A stretch of 64,000 nt of DNA, taken from Setoptus koraiensis (lineage: Eukaryota; Animalia; Arthropoda). Below, in pieces: positions 12,290 to 26,570 of this stretch (position 1 is its first letter; each line of letters opens with the position of its first letter). The notes beneath the pieces are model-generated. The model had not been told where the DNA came from, did not search any database, and worked only from the letters and a program-made list of their open reading frames with translations. Position numbers and translations under genes: made by a program. The stretch is from contig CM106586.1 in the NCBI GenBank assembly GCA_048013815.1, positions 21,886,001 to 21,950,000 on the forward strand, read 5' to 3'.

Positions 12290-15200
12290 GCCATATTCGA
12301 TACTCAGAGGCCATATTCGAAGGCGATACTCGACGGCGATACTCAGAGAATTGGCGACCAAAACAAGCGACAACACCAACGTCAATTATGCAAGACGCAC
12401 AGCAAGATATTGGAGAATAAATATTGTTACAACATGCATGATATACTAATAATTGCGTCAATAATTGCATCATGGGCCTGTGACGGCGGCCTTGTGCGCC
12501 CCCTATGCGCGACAATGTGCATCGCTCATGGTGTGTCGCCTATAACATGCGAGTGGATATGAGTAAGTGGTGCCAGTGGAACACATGGCGCGGTGGCCAT
12601 TAATGGATGGTTGCTGCTGCGAGTTGCTGATTAATCTTGTTATCGTCGTGTTAATGACGCGACAAAAAGAGGGGAGCGAAAACATCATTAAATGTGTCTG
12701 TAAGTTGCTGTTAAAAAACACAAAATTACACACTTGACTATGTCAGTTAGCACTGTGTGCGAATCGCAAACTAAACAACTTGGTTCGCGTCTCGTCCGAT
12801 TGCTGCTGCCGCCGCTTTTATTTGCAAATCCGTTTGCATCAGCAACAACGTCAACTGCGCCATCTAATCTGCATCCCCAATCAGCTTCTTTTGGCACAGC
12901 TTGCTGTGTGGACGAAAAAATCAAATCAGCGCAGTGCAGATTTAATCGCGCTTTTTACTACTATTTGCTACCAGCGAGCCGCTTGCTCTTTGCGAGCGGC
13001 CAGTTTATCTGGCCGCTCGCAAAGATGATCTGCGCCGATAAGCTCGCCGCTGACACACAAGCTTGTCGGCTGTGCCCGATCACATTTGCGGGCCGCGCGC
13101 GGAGCCGGCGAGCGCCATCGCGCGGCCGCATCCGCAACCGGCGCCGGACAGCGCCGAACAGTGGACAGCGCCGAGCGCCGGACAGTGGACAGCGCCGAGC
13201 GCCCGACAGTGGACAGCGCCGAACGGCGACCGCGGTGGCGTTGCTGTCGTGCCAACAAACAAATTGACACTCTCGCCATCATGTGTCATACGGGCGCGTT
13301 ATCTATCGAAATCTGCTTGTTATCGGCTGACCGCTGGTCAGCTCCGGCGCGGACGACGGCCAGCGATCGCGCGACAGCCAGCGATCGCGCGACGGCTCTG
13401 GGTCGGACGACGGCGGTCGGCGCACGAGGGCGCACGACAGCCAGGAATGCCGCTGTGGCGAGTGGCACGACACAGGCGCTGCAACGGTCGCCCGCCGGAC
13501 CCAGCGAACAGGTGAAGTGGCCAGCGAGAGTGACCGTTGGCTCGCTCAACTGTCAACCTGTTTTGTTCAACGTGAACTCGGCCGCTTGAAAGCCGCCGGC
13601 CCATGGATGCCCGTCGAACAATGACGCTCGACAGGGTCGTTCGCGGACGGGCGCATTGTTGCGCCCGTCGGACAGCGCCGCGGCCGCATTGCCGTGGCGG
13701 CACGGGCGACGCACCAACGCAGCCAGCACGAGAATATCCGCGCCAGGTAAACGTCGCCCGGTGTCACGCCCCCGACCATTCTCTGTTGTCTGTGGCACGA
13801 TAATGAACTCAAGTGGACATTGTGCCAAACGGGGCCACTCTGGCCACCGCGCGACGCTGGACACCGCTCGACGCTGGCCACCGCTCGATGCTGGCCAGTG
13901 CGCGTCGCACGGGCCGGCCAAACGAATATTAAATAAAAGATAAACGCGCCACGGGCACACAATTGACGGCGGCCCGGAATGCCGGCCGCCGCTAACCGGC
14001 GCAGCGGCAGCGCCAGTGTTCGGGCAAATGTCACGGGCCAGCAAAACACAGTTTAAAAAACATAAGTGGAGCACGCAATTTTTCACTTTCTCATTACTGC
14101 GCACTGATTGATAGGAGGCAGCTCCCATCGCTGGAATCCCGGCCGTGCCCTCGCTCGCGTCCAACACGCCGGACAGTTGAATAGCGGGCTCGAGTGCGCG
14201 CAAACGGCACAGATCTGGGGCACATTCCTTTGTTGTGCACCTGACGTGCACAAGTTGCTGCACATCCGATACGCGCTGCACAAAACAGAAATGGTTTTAT
14301 CACAAAAGTTTTATCATGAAAGTCTCACAAAAGTGCTCAAGTGTCGCCTGGCGGCCACAATGAGCAGCCAACAATTCATTATCTTCGACAACAACAAACC
14401 GGGCCTGGAATTTTGTCCACTAGAGCGCGTTACGCCCACTGGCGATCATCAAGCGGTCATGGGGCAGCGCGCAAAGAGTGGATATGGTCGCCATGGCGAC
14501 TTGCGCTATTTGCGCTATTTGCGGGCTGCTACGTGCCGAACGGCGCACAAATGTGCCACTTGTTAAGCGTGCCGTTGAGGGTGCGCTATCGCAGCGCCAC
14601 ATACACGTTGAGCATGTGCATCAAATGTATGTATTAAATGTATGCATTGAGTGTATGCATTAAACGGCCGAATGGGTACCTAGCGACCGATTTGCAAAAC
14701 CGGCGCAAACCTGCCGCCTGTGCGCGCCATCGCACCGGCGCGCAGGCACAACAAACTAGCCACAACGGACGAGCCACAACAAACGAGCAGCACACGACAG
14801 CCAGGTAGCGACCAGGTAAATGGGCCAAGGTGATTGAACCAGAGCGAGTGTGTGACCAAAGGAATGGGGCGGGCCGACGCCGGGTTCGCGAGCCGGTGTG
14901 GCTCGCAAGAGCGCCAAAACCCAGTCTGCGGCCGGTTCGCGAGGCTCCGGCCGTAGCGGCCACATGAACGCTGACCGGCCGCAGACGGCACCGGTCAGCG
15001 CTCGTATTGATGAGATGTGCATGTCGCTTGATTGATGATAGCTCCGTTTGTGCGCTCTCGCTGGCCTCGCCGGCCGCCGAGGGGCGGTAAATTAATATTC
15101 GATATTGGCCCATTAGCAGCCATCTTCGGTGTTACTGTTCGCGTATGGCAACATGGAAATATGTTGTCGAAGCGGCCAATATCGGCCATTTCGACAGCGC

Positions 15201-16412
15201 TTCTCGACGACGTGTTTCGACGAGGCATTTCGATACGTTTTGCAGCGACTAAAAATGATCGACGCACAATTATCAGAGCGACTGTGCCAACTGACCGGTG
15301 GTCAGCGAGCACAGGTGAGCTGCTTAACCCCCTCGTTGCCACGAAACTAATCGATCGAGTGACCGCCACTCTCGCTTCTTTTTGTCCACTGGGCGTGCCA
15401 GACGGGCCCTCATGGCACTGGCCGGCATCTCGCCGCCGGGTCGCGAGAGACGCGACCCGGCGGCCACTCGAGAGTGCGCGAAATGCTCGGGCCCGCAGAT
15501 CCTGGTCGGCGGTGGCTCACCTGTGCAGTTCGTGCGCCGGCATTGTTTTACCCGACCGCCGCGTTATATTATAGCCGCGTTATATTATCGCCGCGTTATA
15601 TTATGGCCGCATCATATTATAACTGGCGTGTTTTCTAACGAGAGCCGGCCCTGTAATGCGCGCAAAATGTGTGTGACCATCCAACGGACACCGAGAGCCA
15701 TAACGAATCAATCAAACAGAATGGCGATAAAAAGTTGGCCAAAAAGGCAAAACCTGCAGCCCACTTGCAGCCTAATCTCGCACTTGTATCTCGGCCGCTG
15801 CCGCCTAGTCGAAACGGGATAAATTGGTCAAAACTGGTGCTGGCCAGAGAGCGTTCGCCCGAGAGTGTTCGCCCGAAAGTGTTCGCCGCCGGCCCGCAAC
15901 GCCACGAGTGACCTCTAGCGCCGATGGACGATTAATTGGAGTTGACAGGGGCCCTTTGTTGTCGGCGCGCCAATGTCAATTTGGGCCGGTGTTGCGCCGC
16001 TATCGCGCCACGTTATCGCTATCCGTTATCGCGGGCCGTTATCGCCATCCGCCATTCGGGTTTCTTGTCCGCTCGGGCACAACACGCAACATTACACTAA
16101 TATTCAATATCTGTGCCGCAAATATCGGGCCAGTGTGCACAATGTGCGCCCGACTCGACACAAAATGAATCCAGTATGGCACAGATATAGGCGCCCGAGT
16201 CACCTGAGCCGGCACTTAAGTGGTCGAGTGCACTTGTTCCAATTGATTGCCGCCGGTGATTGGCGCGTCGGTGGCAGTCGGCAGCAACGACGGCCGGCAC
16301 GACGAGCGTTACGACAAGCGCCGGCCACTTGTCGCTAGATCGTCAGAGGTGACGCGCATTGTGACGGACGGTGGCCGGAGCGCAGCGAGTGACAGCGGCG
16401 GCTCCTCGCGAA

Positions 16413-16518
16413 GCCATTCGGCCATTCGAACGTTCGGCCATTCGAACGTTCGAACATTCGAACGCTCGAACATTTGAATGCCCGAACGTTCGAATGGCCG
16501 AACGGCCGAACGTTCGAA
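16413..16518. repeat. Self-complementary 8-bp (TTCGAACG-like) tandem array containing a perfect 21-bp inverted repeat
   Basis: 16,417-16,437 is the reverse complement of 16,482-16,502; 44-nt spacer. Confidence 0.9.
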
Positions 16519-19500
16519 GAGCGGCGACAAGCGAGAGCCAAGAAAGCGAGTCACCGAAGCGCGAAGAGCGCCGTTATCGGCGGCTCCAATCATCTCTTTG
16601 CGCCATTCAAATCGCTGGCCGCTTCGGCGCTGACTCGCCGGCCAGCCAGCCGCTCATTTGAATGCGGCAAAATGTTGCCGGCCGACAGTGTTCAGTTTGC
16701 ATAATTCCCATAATTCAAATTTCTGTGGCCTTTTGTGTGCGGCGAGTTTTGCAATTTGCGCAAATGCCATTAGAGCCAGCGCGGCACAGCGGCCTCGAGA
16801 TGACACATCGCATCACATCACAGCGCCAGTGGCCTGACATCGCCATCGCGGCTAACAAGTGTCCACCCGCTCAAGTGTCAGAATTGTTGTGTCGTGTGTC
16901 ATGTCATGTCGGCGTCAGTTGTTGCGTCAACTGCCGCCGAATGACAAGTGCTCAATGGTCAGCGGCGCAACAACGACAACAACGGCGCAACAACAGCAGC
17001 AGCAACCACGACAACAACAACAACAGCGGCCGAAATCTGCATAGTGGCTTGTTTTAGCGGCAACGCTCGCCGCCAAAATACAGCAAAGTGCCAGCAAGAG
17101 TCATTATCATCTCTTGTCATCTTTGTGCATGTCACTGTTGTCACTTGTTACTGTCGTTGCGCCTCGAGTGACAGCGCCGCAACACCGTCAGCTGATGTTG
17201 TTACTGTCGCTGCACACAAGTGACAGCGCCGCCGATCAGCTGATTGGCCCACTTGCCACTTGTGACTCACAAGTTGTGAGTCTTGTCACTTGTTATGCAA
17301 ATCGCGAATCTTTGCTGCTGTCGTTGCTCCTGTCGCCCGAATCGCCCTATTCGGCCCGTCAGCTGTGAGCCTCTCGAAGCGGCTCAAAATTGCGCCACTG
17401 ACCAGCGCGAGCCGACATTTTGTCGGCCGTTGGCTGTGTCAAGTGTCAGCTGTTGCCTTTGACACATCCGCTGACACTTGCCGCTGCCTTGGCGCAGGCC
17501 GTTGGTGTGCACAAATTGATCGCAAGCGCAACACACACACAATTGGTGGCACAACAATGGCGCCTAATTAGCGCGCTCGGTCGCCCCAACGGGCGCCGCT
17601 CAACAGCCGCGGCTCGGCCAGCCAGCGGGCGTCGGGCAGCGCTCAACGAGCACTGGTCACTCCTATAATGTGCGCAATGTGCATAATGTGATTATTGGGC
17701 CGCTGCCGGGCTCGTTAGCAGCGCTAACGACCGGCCACCATTGACAATCGGCAATTGGCAATTGACAATTGACAACTGCCCACTGACCGCTCACCGCTCA
17801 CCAGTGACCAATGTCCAGTGACCACTGTCCAGTGACCACTGACGGCCAGCGACCTCTAGCCTGTGACCGCGGGCAGGCCGCGCTGCGGCCACTCAAGCTA
17901 ATTTGCATAAGCAGTGAGCCGGCACCATCAGTGGCGGCACAATCGGCAAACGCAACAGCGGACGCAACGGCAAACGCAACAACACATGCGAACGGGCCGG
18001 ACAGTTCGGGTTTCGCGCTGGCCAACTCGGTTTAGAGCGGCCAGTTTTAATTCAATGCCCGCGCCCAATGACATATATTGAAAAAGTCAGTGAGGCGCGA
18101 AGTGGCCCGCAGAGTGCGCCCTTCATGCAAATGTGACGCGCAAACGGGCCGGCGAGCGGACATAAATTAGGCGTCGCTCTATTTGTTTGTTTGCAACAAA
18201 CAGAGTTTGGCCGCTCGTGCCCAAAGGCTACGAGCGGCCTTTGGGCCGGCCGCCAATTGGCCGCCGGGTCGGCCATTTGGAGCGTTTAGACGGGCGCACA
18301 CATTGAGACATTTGCACATTTAGACATTTAGACATTTGAACATTTGCACATTTGCACGTTTGCGCATTAAGACTTGTGTGCATTTAGACTTGTGCACATT
18401 TGCACAATGTGGGCGCAAATCGGCGCGACAATTGCACTTGAGTCGCGCCGAGTGCGTAATTCAATTCAAACCATGGGCGATCGTTGTCCGGCGGGCCGGC
18501 CCAGCACAGCAAGCGCCACAACGGGGGCACAGTGACACCAAGCGCAAATTGTAATGACAACGCGGTGTGCAGCTCGTAAATTAAACTGGCCACTCCGACG
18601 TGTCGCGGCGCGGCGCGTTTGCGGTTGGCCGAAATGGCAATTGTCGGGTTGCGCCCAACGATGAGCCAATTACAAGCCAGCGAGTGTTTGATTCATGACG
18701 GCGGTGTCACGACGACGCTTGTTTGTCTTGTTGTGCCGTTACATTTATTTATGTCGTTGCGGCCACTTGCTACAACCGGCTCACTACAACACGACCGCTG
18801 GTGCTATATGGCTCGGTTTGCAGTGGCAACTATGCAAATTAGCGGCGCCTCGTCGGCGAAAGCTGTGCGCCACATTAGCCACATTGGCCACATTGGCCAC
18901 ATTGGCGCGTAAGCCACAGCGGCGCATAGGCCACTTCGGCACATAAGCCACACGGGGCACACAGGCTGAATCGGCACAGCGGCGCACGGTCCATTTGTGT
19001 TGGGCGCCGGGCGGCGCCCATCGACACCAGCCCGCCGAAATGTTTATCTGGGCCAGGGGACACATATCATATACCAAACATACATGCGCCCGTGTGCTGC
19101 CCGAGTGCACGCGAATGACACCGGTGGCGCGAGCGAGCGCCCCACGGGCGACCGTCGGTCAATCCGGGCCGCCGCCGGTCATTGCGGCCAGTCCGGCGAG
19201 TCGGGCCGCCGCCGGTCAATGCGGCCGGTCCGGCGAGTCGGGCCAATGTGCCCACCGCGGCCACTGGCCAATATCGCGCCAATTTGTGGCACGCAAGAAA
19301 TTGCAAGCTCGACATTTGGCGAGCGGCGACTCGGCGAGCCGGCGATCTGGAGAGCCGGCGATAATGAACCGTGCCGGCAATCATATCATCATCATATTAT
19401 TGTTATCATTATCATGTTGTGGCGGGCCGGTTTGGCGCGCGCGCGTGGCGCCACCTGGCGTCTTGGCGGCGCTCGGGTGTGACAGGTGAGCGCTGGGCAG

Positions 19501-22500
19501 CAAGTGTCGGCAGCGGCACTATAATAAGTAAATACAAGGTTGTAAAACCAATTGAAATGTTCAGACGGGAAATAAATTAAAATAAAATGAAACGAAACGA
19601 AATAAAACTGACTGCCAGCCATAATATATTATTATATATTAGGCCATTCGCATACACACACAAACAGGGCCAACGGGGGCATATCGGACACACGATGACG
19701 CAACCGGTCGCGACTCGGCAAGCTCGATTGTGTGTCGTATCGCAACATTGTGTGTGTGTGTCGTATTCCAACATTGTGAGTGTGTGTGTGTGTGTGTTGC
19801 AACAGTGACTGTTGAACAGTGACTGTTGAACAGTGAGTGTGTGCTGATTAGCTGACACAAAGACGCTCGCTATCGCAACAATTCAATTCGTTTCGATTCA
19901 ATTTTATTCATTCCATTCATTTGTTGCCACTGGTCAGCTTGCGACGCCTCCCAGAGGAACGGCGGCGGCGGCACCAACGGCAGCACCGACAGCGGCAACA
20001 GCAACAACGACAACACCAACAACAAAATCAACAACAACACCAACAACAGCAGCACAACATCAGCAGCGGCAGCAACAACAACAGCAGCAACAACAGCAGC
20101 AGCAGCAACAACAGACGACGGCTCGCAATGCATTAAATGTTAATTACATTGCACATGACAGCTGATGAGTTGTATCTAAATGAGCTCTCTATTTAGCTCT
20201 GGCAACAATGAATGTAACGATAATTTAAAAGTCTCTCTATTTGTTGCCGTCTGTGAGTTGTTGTTGTTGCTGCTGCTGTTGTTGTTGTTGCTGTTGTTGT
20301 TGCTGCTGCTGTTGTTGCTGTCGTTGTTGCTGCTGCCGCTGCTGCTGTTGCCGCTGCTGTCGTTGAGTCTCAATTTGCTCGCCGAGTCTCAATGGATGGG
20401 AGGCATTGATTTATTGTTATTGGCTTCTTTGCTCGACAGTGTCGTCGTCGCAAACAAGCCAATGGTTGTGTGTTTGTTCTTGTCGTGTCGTGTCGCTGCT
20501 GGCTCGATGATTAACAGCAATGATCTCACTCATCCAACAACAGCCAACAACAATGCAAGCGCCCGCAACCCAATTGCAAGCGTGCCTGTGTGTCCAATCG
20601 GTGCCGTTTCGAATCAAATCGAAGCAAATTACTCATTTTAGATTGGTAATTTCGGCAACAACCGAAATTTCCTCGGCAGCCCAAATTTCGTCGGCACAGA
20701 AATGAGAAATTCTCAATTCGTCAGCGAGCCAGCGACACACAACAAACACAACAGACACGACACACAGCAAACAAGTGCAACAAATAATAATGACCAACGA
20801 ATGTGATTAGTTTTTTGAGTAGTGGCTGTTGCAGTTGATTGTTGCACTGACTGATTTGCATATAATCGTCACCATCATGAAAACAGCAGCGAACGATGCC
20901 CGCCTCAGTGTGCGATCAGTGGACGTCGCGGCACCGGCCGCCAGGGGCTCACGGTCACATGACGGGCCGCTGTCTTTCATCTTGGGCAATTATTCACAAT
21001 TATTCAAAAGAAAATAAAAGTCGATTGGCCGAGTTTATTGGATCGCGCGCCACCTATCAACTGGCCGCTATCGACTGGCCGCTATCAACTCGCAAGCGAC
21101 CAATGTCCACCGGACAGCCGCATTAGCGACAGCGCCATTAATCGGCCGCCTAATTAACTTGACCGTCATCGAGCGGCCACTTTGATATACGAGCACCGAC
21201 TGCATATAAGCGGCAGCAGCTTATATAAAGTCAACAATTGCATAACAGCGCCAACTCAGCGCACACTCAATTACAGGACAACTCAATTACAGGTGACCAA
21301 TTCGCGGCTAGACGCCGACCGGCCGGCCGAGCTGCTATTTTTGCAGCAACCATTTCAAACGTTAATTGCGTTACGCCGGCCATTACAGGTAGCGTGCCCG
21401 AATCACCTGTAATCTCAGTCGATACAATCGCGGCACAGTGAATCGGCGGCATTCGCTCACAGAGGCCAATGCCGCCGATAAGCTGTCTACGGGCTAATTA
21501 ATGTTTGCTGCGCGCGCGCGCTCATTTCAAACGGCTACCTATTAGCTAATTAATTAACTGCCGCTTGCGCTGCTCGTCATTAAATCACGCCCGATTCCCA
21601 ATTGGCTCACTGCAAATCGCCGCACCGTGCGCCCGATCGATGCAAATCGCGGCACAGTGCGCCCGAGTGATGCAAATTGCGCGCGCGCGCGCGCGCCCGC
21701 AAATTCCAACTAAATCGATAAAAATCGCCATCCATCGTCATGCCTCAAAAAGTGGCTCGCTGACCGGAAGTGGCCCATCGGCTCGCTGTGCCCGTCACTG
21801 TGCACTACATGCATGCTGTTATATGTGCTATCATGTGGCGCATATAGTGTGTGTGTGTGTGTGTGTGGCGTAAATAGTATATGCAGCTGACGTTTAGTTT
21901 GTACAGTACGAATGGTCGAGATGGACGGACGATCATTCATGTGTGATCGTGATCGATTATTGAATCGGCCGCCCGAATCACGGTCACATGCGCAGATTGT
22001 GACCATGAGACAACTTGTGGCGCTGTCAGCGGATGACGGACGCCGGGATTAGCCGGCTCGGGCAAGCGCGATGCCCGGCGAGCCGGGACACCCAGCTAAA
22101 GCCAGATAGACGCTGGCTGTGACACGGGCAAGACGCTTGACGTTTGCGTTTGAGCGATGATCGGGCCGTCGCGGCGACCGTCGCATTGAGCGACCATTGA
22201 GCGATATGCGAGCGATATGTGAGCGACACAGCGGCACAGGGGGAGAGGCTTAAAATTGCTGACGTGGCGCGGTCATCGGTATCATCGCGGGCGACCGTGA
22301 TGATCCGATCTCGGTGTGCGCGGCCGGGCCGCGAGCGGCCGGCCGGCCGGGCAGCGTCTCGGGGCGACAGGTGCACTTTATAATGGTATGCGCGTATTAG
22401 TGGCGCTTGCTGTTGTTGGCGCTGTTGTTGTTGTTGGCGCTGTTGATGTTGTTGTTGTTGTTGTCGTGGAGCGAGCATTGTCGAGCCGGCTCATGAGCGT

Positions 22501-23455
22501 GCACTCATGAGCCGGCTTGATATGCCAACGACGGCAGCCAACGACGAGATGAGCCGAAATGATGAAATGAAATGGCATGAATGATGCACCGATGCAGTGG
22601 TGCAATGGTGCAATGAGATGGGATGAGATGACGCAATTGATTGATGATGCTGCTGTTGTTTGTGCAACAGCAACGTTGCCGGCAAAGGTGAGCTCAACAA
22701 CAGACTGTTGTTGTGAGCCTATCTAGGGACAACAACAGCAGCAGCAGCAACAGCAGCAGCAACAACGACAGCAACAACAACAGCTGGCCGAGCTGGAGAA
22801 AAGAGAGCGCACAGCAACACTGTTGTTGCATCACAACAACAGCACGGCCAATTTGGCAAATTTGGTTGTTGTTGTTGCTGTTGCTTTGGTTGTTGTTGTT
22901 GTTGTTCTGCGGAATGTGCGCCGCATTCATGTGTCTCGGCGGCAATTGTTGTGCTGGCAAAATGATAATCAATGTCAGAGGCAATGTTCGTTAAGAAGAA
23001 CAAATTAGCCCGAATCATGCCATTGAGCCGGTGTGGGCAGTTCGGCCGAACTGGCCACTCACGGCCAACACGAACGACGCTGCTCGGCCGATTCGGGGAT
23101 GGCCCCGAATCAGCAAGCCAGATATCACCTGATCATGCGCCTCGAGCTCTGGCAGTGGCAACATTGTTGTGCCCACTCGCACTGCGCCGGCCGATAGGCA
23201 TTGTGGCGCAGATCAGCGCTGCAAAAGAACGCACATCTCAGGTGCAAGCGAAGCCACATCTCCGGCCGAACAGGCGATTGGCAATGGCAACGTTGGCGAC
23301 TTGAAATTGATTCAAGTCGCAAAGTCGCGGCGCTCGCAACTCGTCGGCAATCAGCAAGGGCAAATGTTTGCGCAAACGTCTGGCGAAATACGGCGAAATG
23401 CAGCCAGATGCAGCGATAAATTGACGCCGACGACGGCCGAGTGATGACGATCAAA

Positions 23456-23488
<33 letters not shown>

Positions 23489-25882
23489 TGAAATGATAAA
23501 TTGACGAAATGAGCAATCTCGCAGCCGAATCGCAATCTCCGCATCGGCGATCTCGGCGATCGACGCTGATGGCGCTCATGTATCACACAAACACGACGTT
23601 GTTTCTATTTCTGATTCGGTATGTTTCGGCGGGCTTCGGCGCTTCGGCGCTGCGGAGCTCGGTTTCAGTTTCAGCCCGAAAAGGGCAACCACTTGTTGGC
23701 ATGCGAGCGCGCATGTATAAATGTTGCGCAACAACTTGCAGCACAGTGCCACTGGTGGACGATTTTCAGGGCGAGAGTGGCCGCAATTGCGAGTCACAAT
23801 GGGCGACTCGCACACGATGCGCTGGCACTGGCAACAATCGTACGATTGCGATCATATAGAGTAGCCATTGATTCGCGGCGAGCGCCGGCGAGCGCCGAAG
23901 AACGCCGAGGAACGCCGGAGAGCGCCGAGGAACGCCGAGGAACGCCGCTGCAGGCCGGAGAATAGCGAGAGCGAACAGCAAACAACTTGATTGATGGCTG
24001 CTCCCACTTTGCAGCCGCTGCGAGCTCAGCTGAGCCGGCTCACCTGAGCTCGCTGCTGGCGGAGCCCGAGCTCGCTGCGAGCGGCTCAGGTGAGCCGAAG
24101 GCGGCCGAAACTGGCCGAAACTGGCGCAGCTCGGTCGCGTCACTGTCCGCTCGGTCAGCCGGCGCTGCGGCGCCCTCGGCCCGCCCCCGCTCTGTCCGGC
24201 CAACGGCGGGCTTGTTCGCACTGAGTGCACTATATCGGTGGCGACACTGGCCTATACCGGCCAGTGACAAACGACAATGACGGCCACGCTGACAGTGACA
24301 CCAATTGTGCTGCAAAACTCGCCAAAAGTGCGCCCTTTATAGGCCGCCAACACTGACCAACACTGACCAACACTGACCAACACTGACCACTGACCACGCG
24401 GACACTGTCCATAAAATCTGTTGTAAATGTCGCTGTTGGCATGCCAGCGGACATGAATGGAATTGCGCAACGCAGAGGCACACGTCGCTAGTGTGAGACG
24501 GCGATCGGTGTGACCGTCGCCGCACTCTGACGGATTGGCGAGAGCCATCGACGGCACTGATTAATGGCGGGCGACGCAGTGGCCCTAGTCGCATCATTAC
24601 AGGTCATTATTATTTACAACTCCGAGCTGGCTCAGTAACGAGCTGGCCGATGGCCGCCAGTCTCATTAAGTGCGACTTTTTAAATTATCGGCTAATGCGG
24701 CCGTTTCGCGTATCAGTCAATCACACACACACTCAATTGCGCAATTGGCGCATCGATCGGCCGCTCGACGCAATACCCGGCCGGCCGTTGTGATTGCGTA
24801 ACATGTTGAGCGGCGACCGCAATCGTAGTGGCGCTGTTAGTGCGCAGCCAGTTGAAATTTATTTATTTTCGTTCGTGCCGGCGTAGCGATGACTTTTTGA
24901 TTTATCACAAATTTGGCTCGTCGTCACCTGAGGCTAGTGGCGCCATTTGCTGCCCGTCTGCTCATTATAATTATTGCCGGTAGTCGGCTATTCAGCCGTG
25001 AATGGCCACCACGCCGGTGAATCGCCGCCTGGCGGATGGATCCATCGGAGCGAATCTCAGAGTGAATCCGGCGCAGTGAATCGCTCGCGGTGAATCGCTC
25101 GCAGTGGATCGCTCAGAGCGACCCATCGCGAGCGAATGCCGCGGCCGCCGGCCGCAGCGACCCTTTCGCCGGCGCAACCCGGCCGCCGCCGCTGCCGCAC
25201 TGACCGACGGCTGCGCGCCGATGTGCGGCATGGCACCGACCGGCGGCCATTACCGCTGTCAGCCAATAACTCACCTGGATCGCGTCGACAACAACAACAA
25301 ACAACAACAAGTGCTGCCCAGTGTGGCTCCATTTCGGCCCGTTTCGCGCCAACTGTGTGCGCGGTGCGGCTCAACTGGCCGCGCTGTCGGCGCTGCTGGC
25401 CGACGGGCCAACGCTGCTCGTTGTCGGCCGACGGGCCGGCGCTGATCGCTGCTGCCGACGGGCCGGTGAGTCGGCCGACGAGCATGCGAGCCCCGCGCGG
25501 AGCACGGCCGAGCGCGGAGGAGCAGTCACAATTATGGTCGTGTCATTTCTGGCCGACGCCATGTGTGATTAAGGTTGTCAAATGTGAGCAATGGCATCGA
25601 TTCCGAGATTCGCGGCCGCCGCTCGGGTCTGGGCCGGCGACCAGTGGCGCTCATTGAGAAAGCGAGCGCCATTCACGGACTCATCGCCGCGGTGAGCCGG
25701 CCCGACAGTTGATTTGACGAGGCTGCGCTCCGACGGAACTGGTGCCATGGCCGACAAGTGGCCGACGATCGCCCGACAACTGGCCACTTGTCGGCGTGCT
25801 GGCCGTCGGCCGGGCCGGTCGTGACTGTCGTACTGGGCAGCGTCGTGTCGCAGCGGCTCGACCGCTCACTGGCAGCCGCGAA

Positions 25883-25928
<46 letters not shown>

Positions 25929-26467
25929 ATATATATCAATAATCGCATATCGCTGCCATATTTGCGATGACCATTGTGCGCAACTCATTGTGCTGTGGGC
26001 ATCGCACACATAAAATATATAAAATACATTATTGCATAAGTTATATAAGTTATGCGAACTATGGCACGGCGACCGTGCCACGCCGACTGCGCCACTAATC
26101 ACGGCGCAGCCACTGACCACGGCGCAGCCACTGACCGCTAGCTCGACGACGACTCACCTGGCGAGCGACGCTGCTTAGCGTGCTGGCCGGGTGAGCCGCG
26201 AACGAGGTGCCGATTGTTGGCTAAATGAGCCGCTTGGAGCTCGCCCGTCGGCTGCGGTTGGCGCATGATCGCAGCGCTGCAGCACGCTCTTTCGGACCCG
26301 AAATTTGCGGCCCGCTGGCCGGCCGCTGGCCGGCCCAGCCCGAGATGCGACCGAGCGGCCGTCGAGCAGCGACAGAGCCAAGCGGAGACAGAAGCGGCGA
26401 CAGAGGAGCGGAGACGGGCGAGCGACGCTCGAGTGCGGCCACTCGCCGTCCGGCGCGCACCGAGCCA

Positions 26468-26570
26468 GCGAGCCATTGAGCCAGCGGGCCGGCGAGCCAT
26501 TGAGCCGACGGGCCGGCGAGCCATTGAGCCGACGGGCCGGCGAGCCATTGAGCCGACGGGCCGGCGAGCC
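26468..26570 (+). repeat. 24-bp tandem array (GAGCCATTGAGCCGACGGGCCGGC), about 4 copies
   Basis: Read directly; no unique spacers. Confidence 0.9.

Noticed and set aside
16413-16518. Heat-shock element array
   Set aside because: GAA/TTC units have an 8-bp period with TTC directly abutting GAA, not the nGAAn 10-bp period.
20162-20169. CTGATGAG hammerhead ribozyme core
   Set aside because: No stem II followed by GAAA.
26468-26570. CRISPR-like arrays (this and other 24-26 bp repeats)
   Set aside because: Contiguous tandem units with no unique spacers, no cas genes, and a eukaryotic context.
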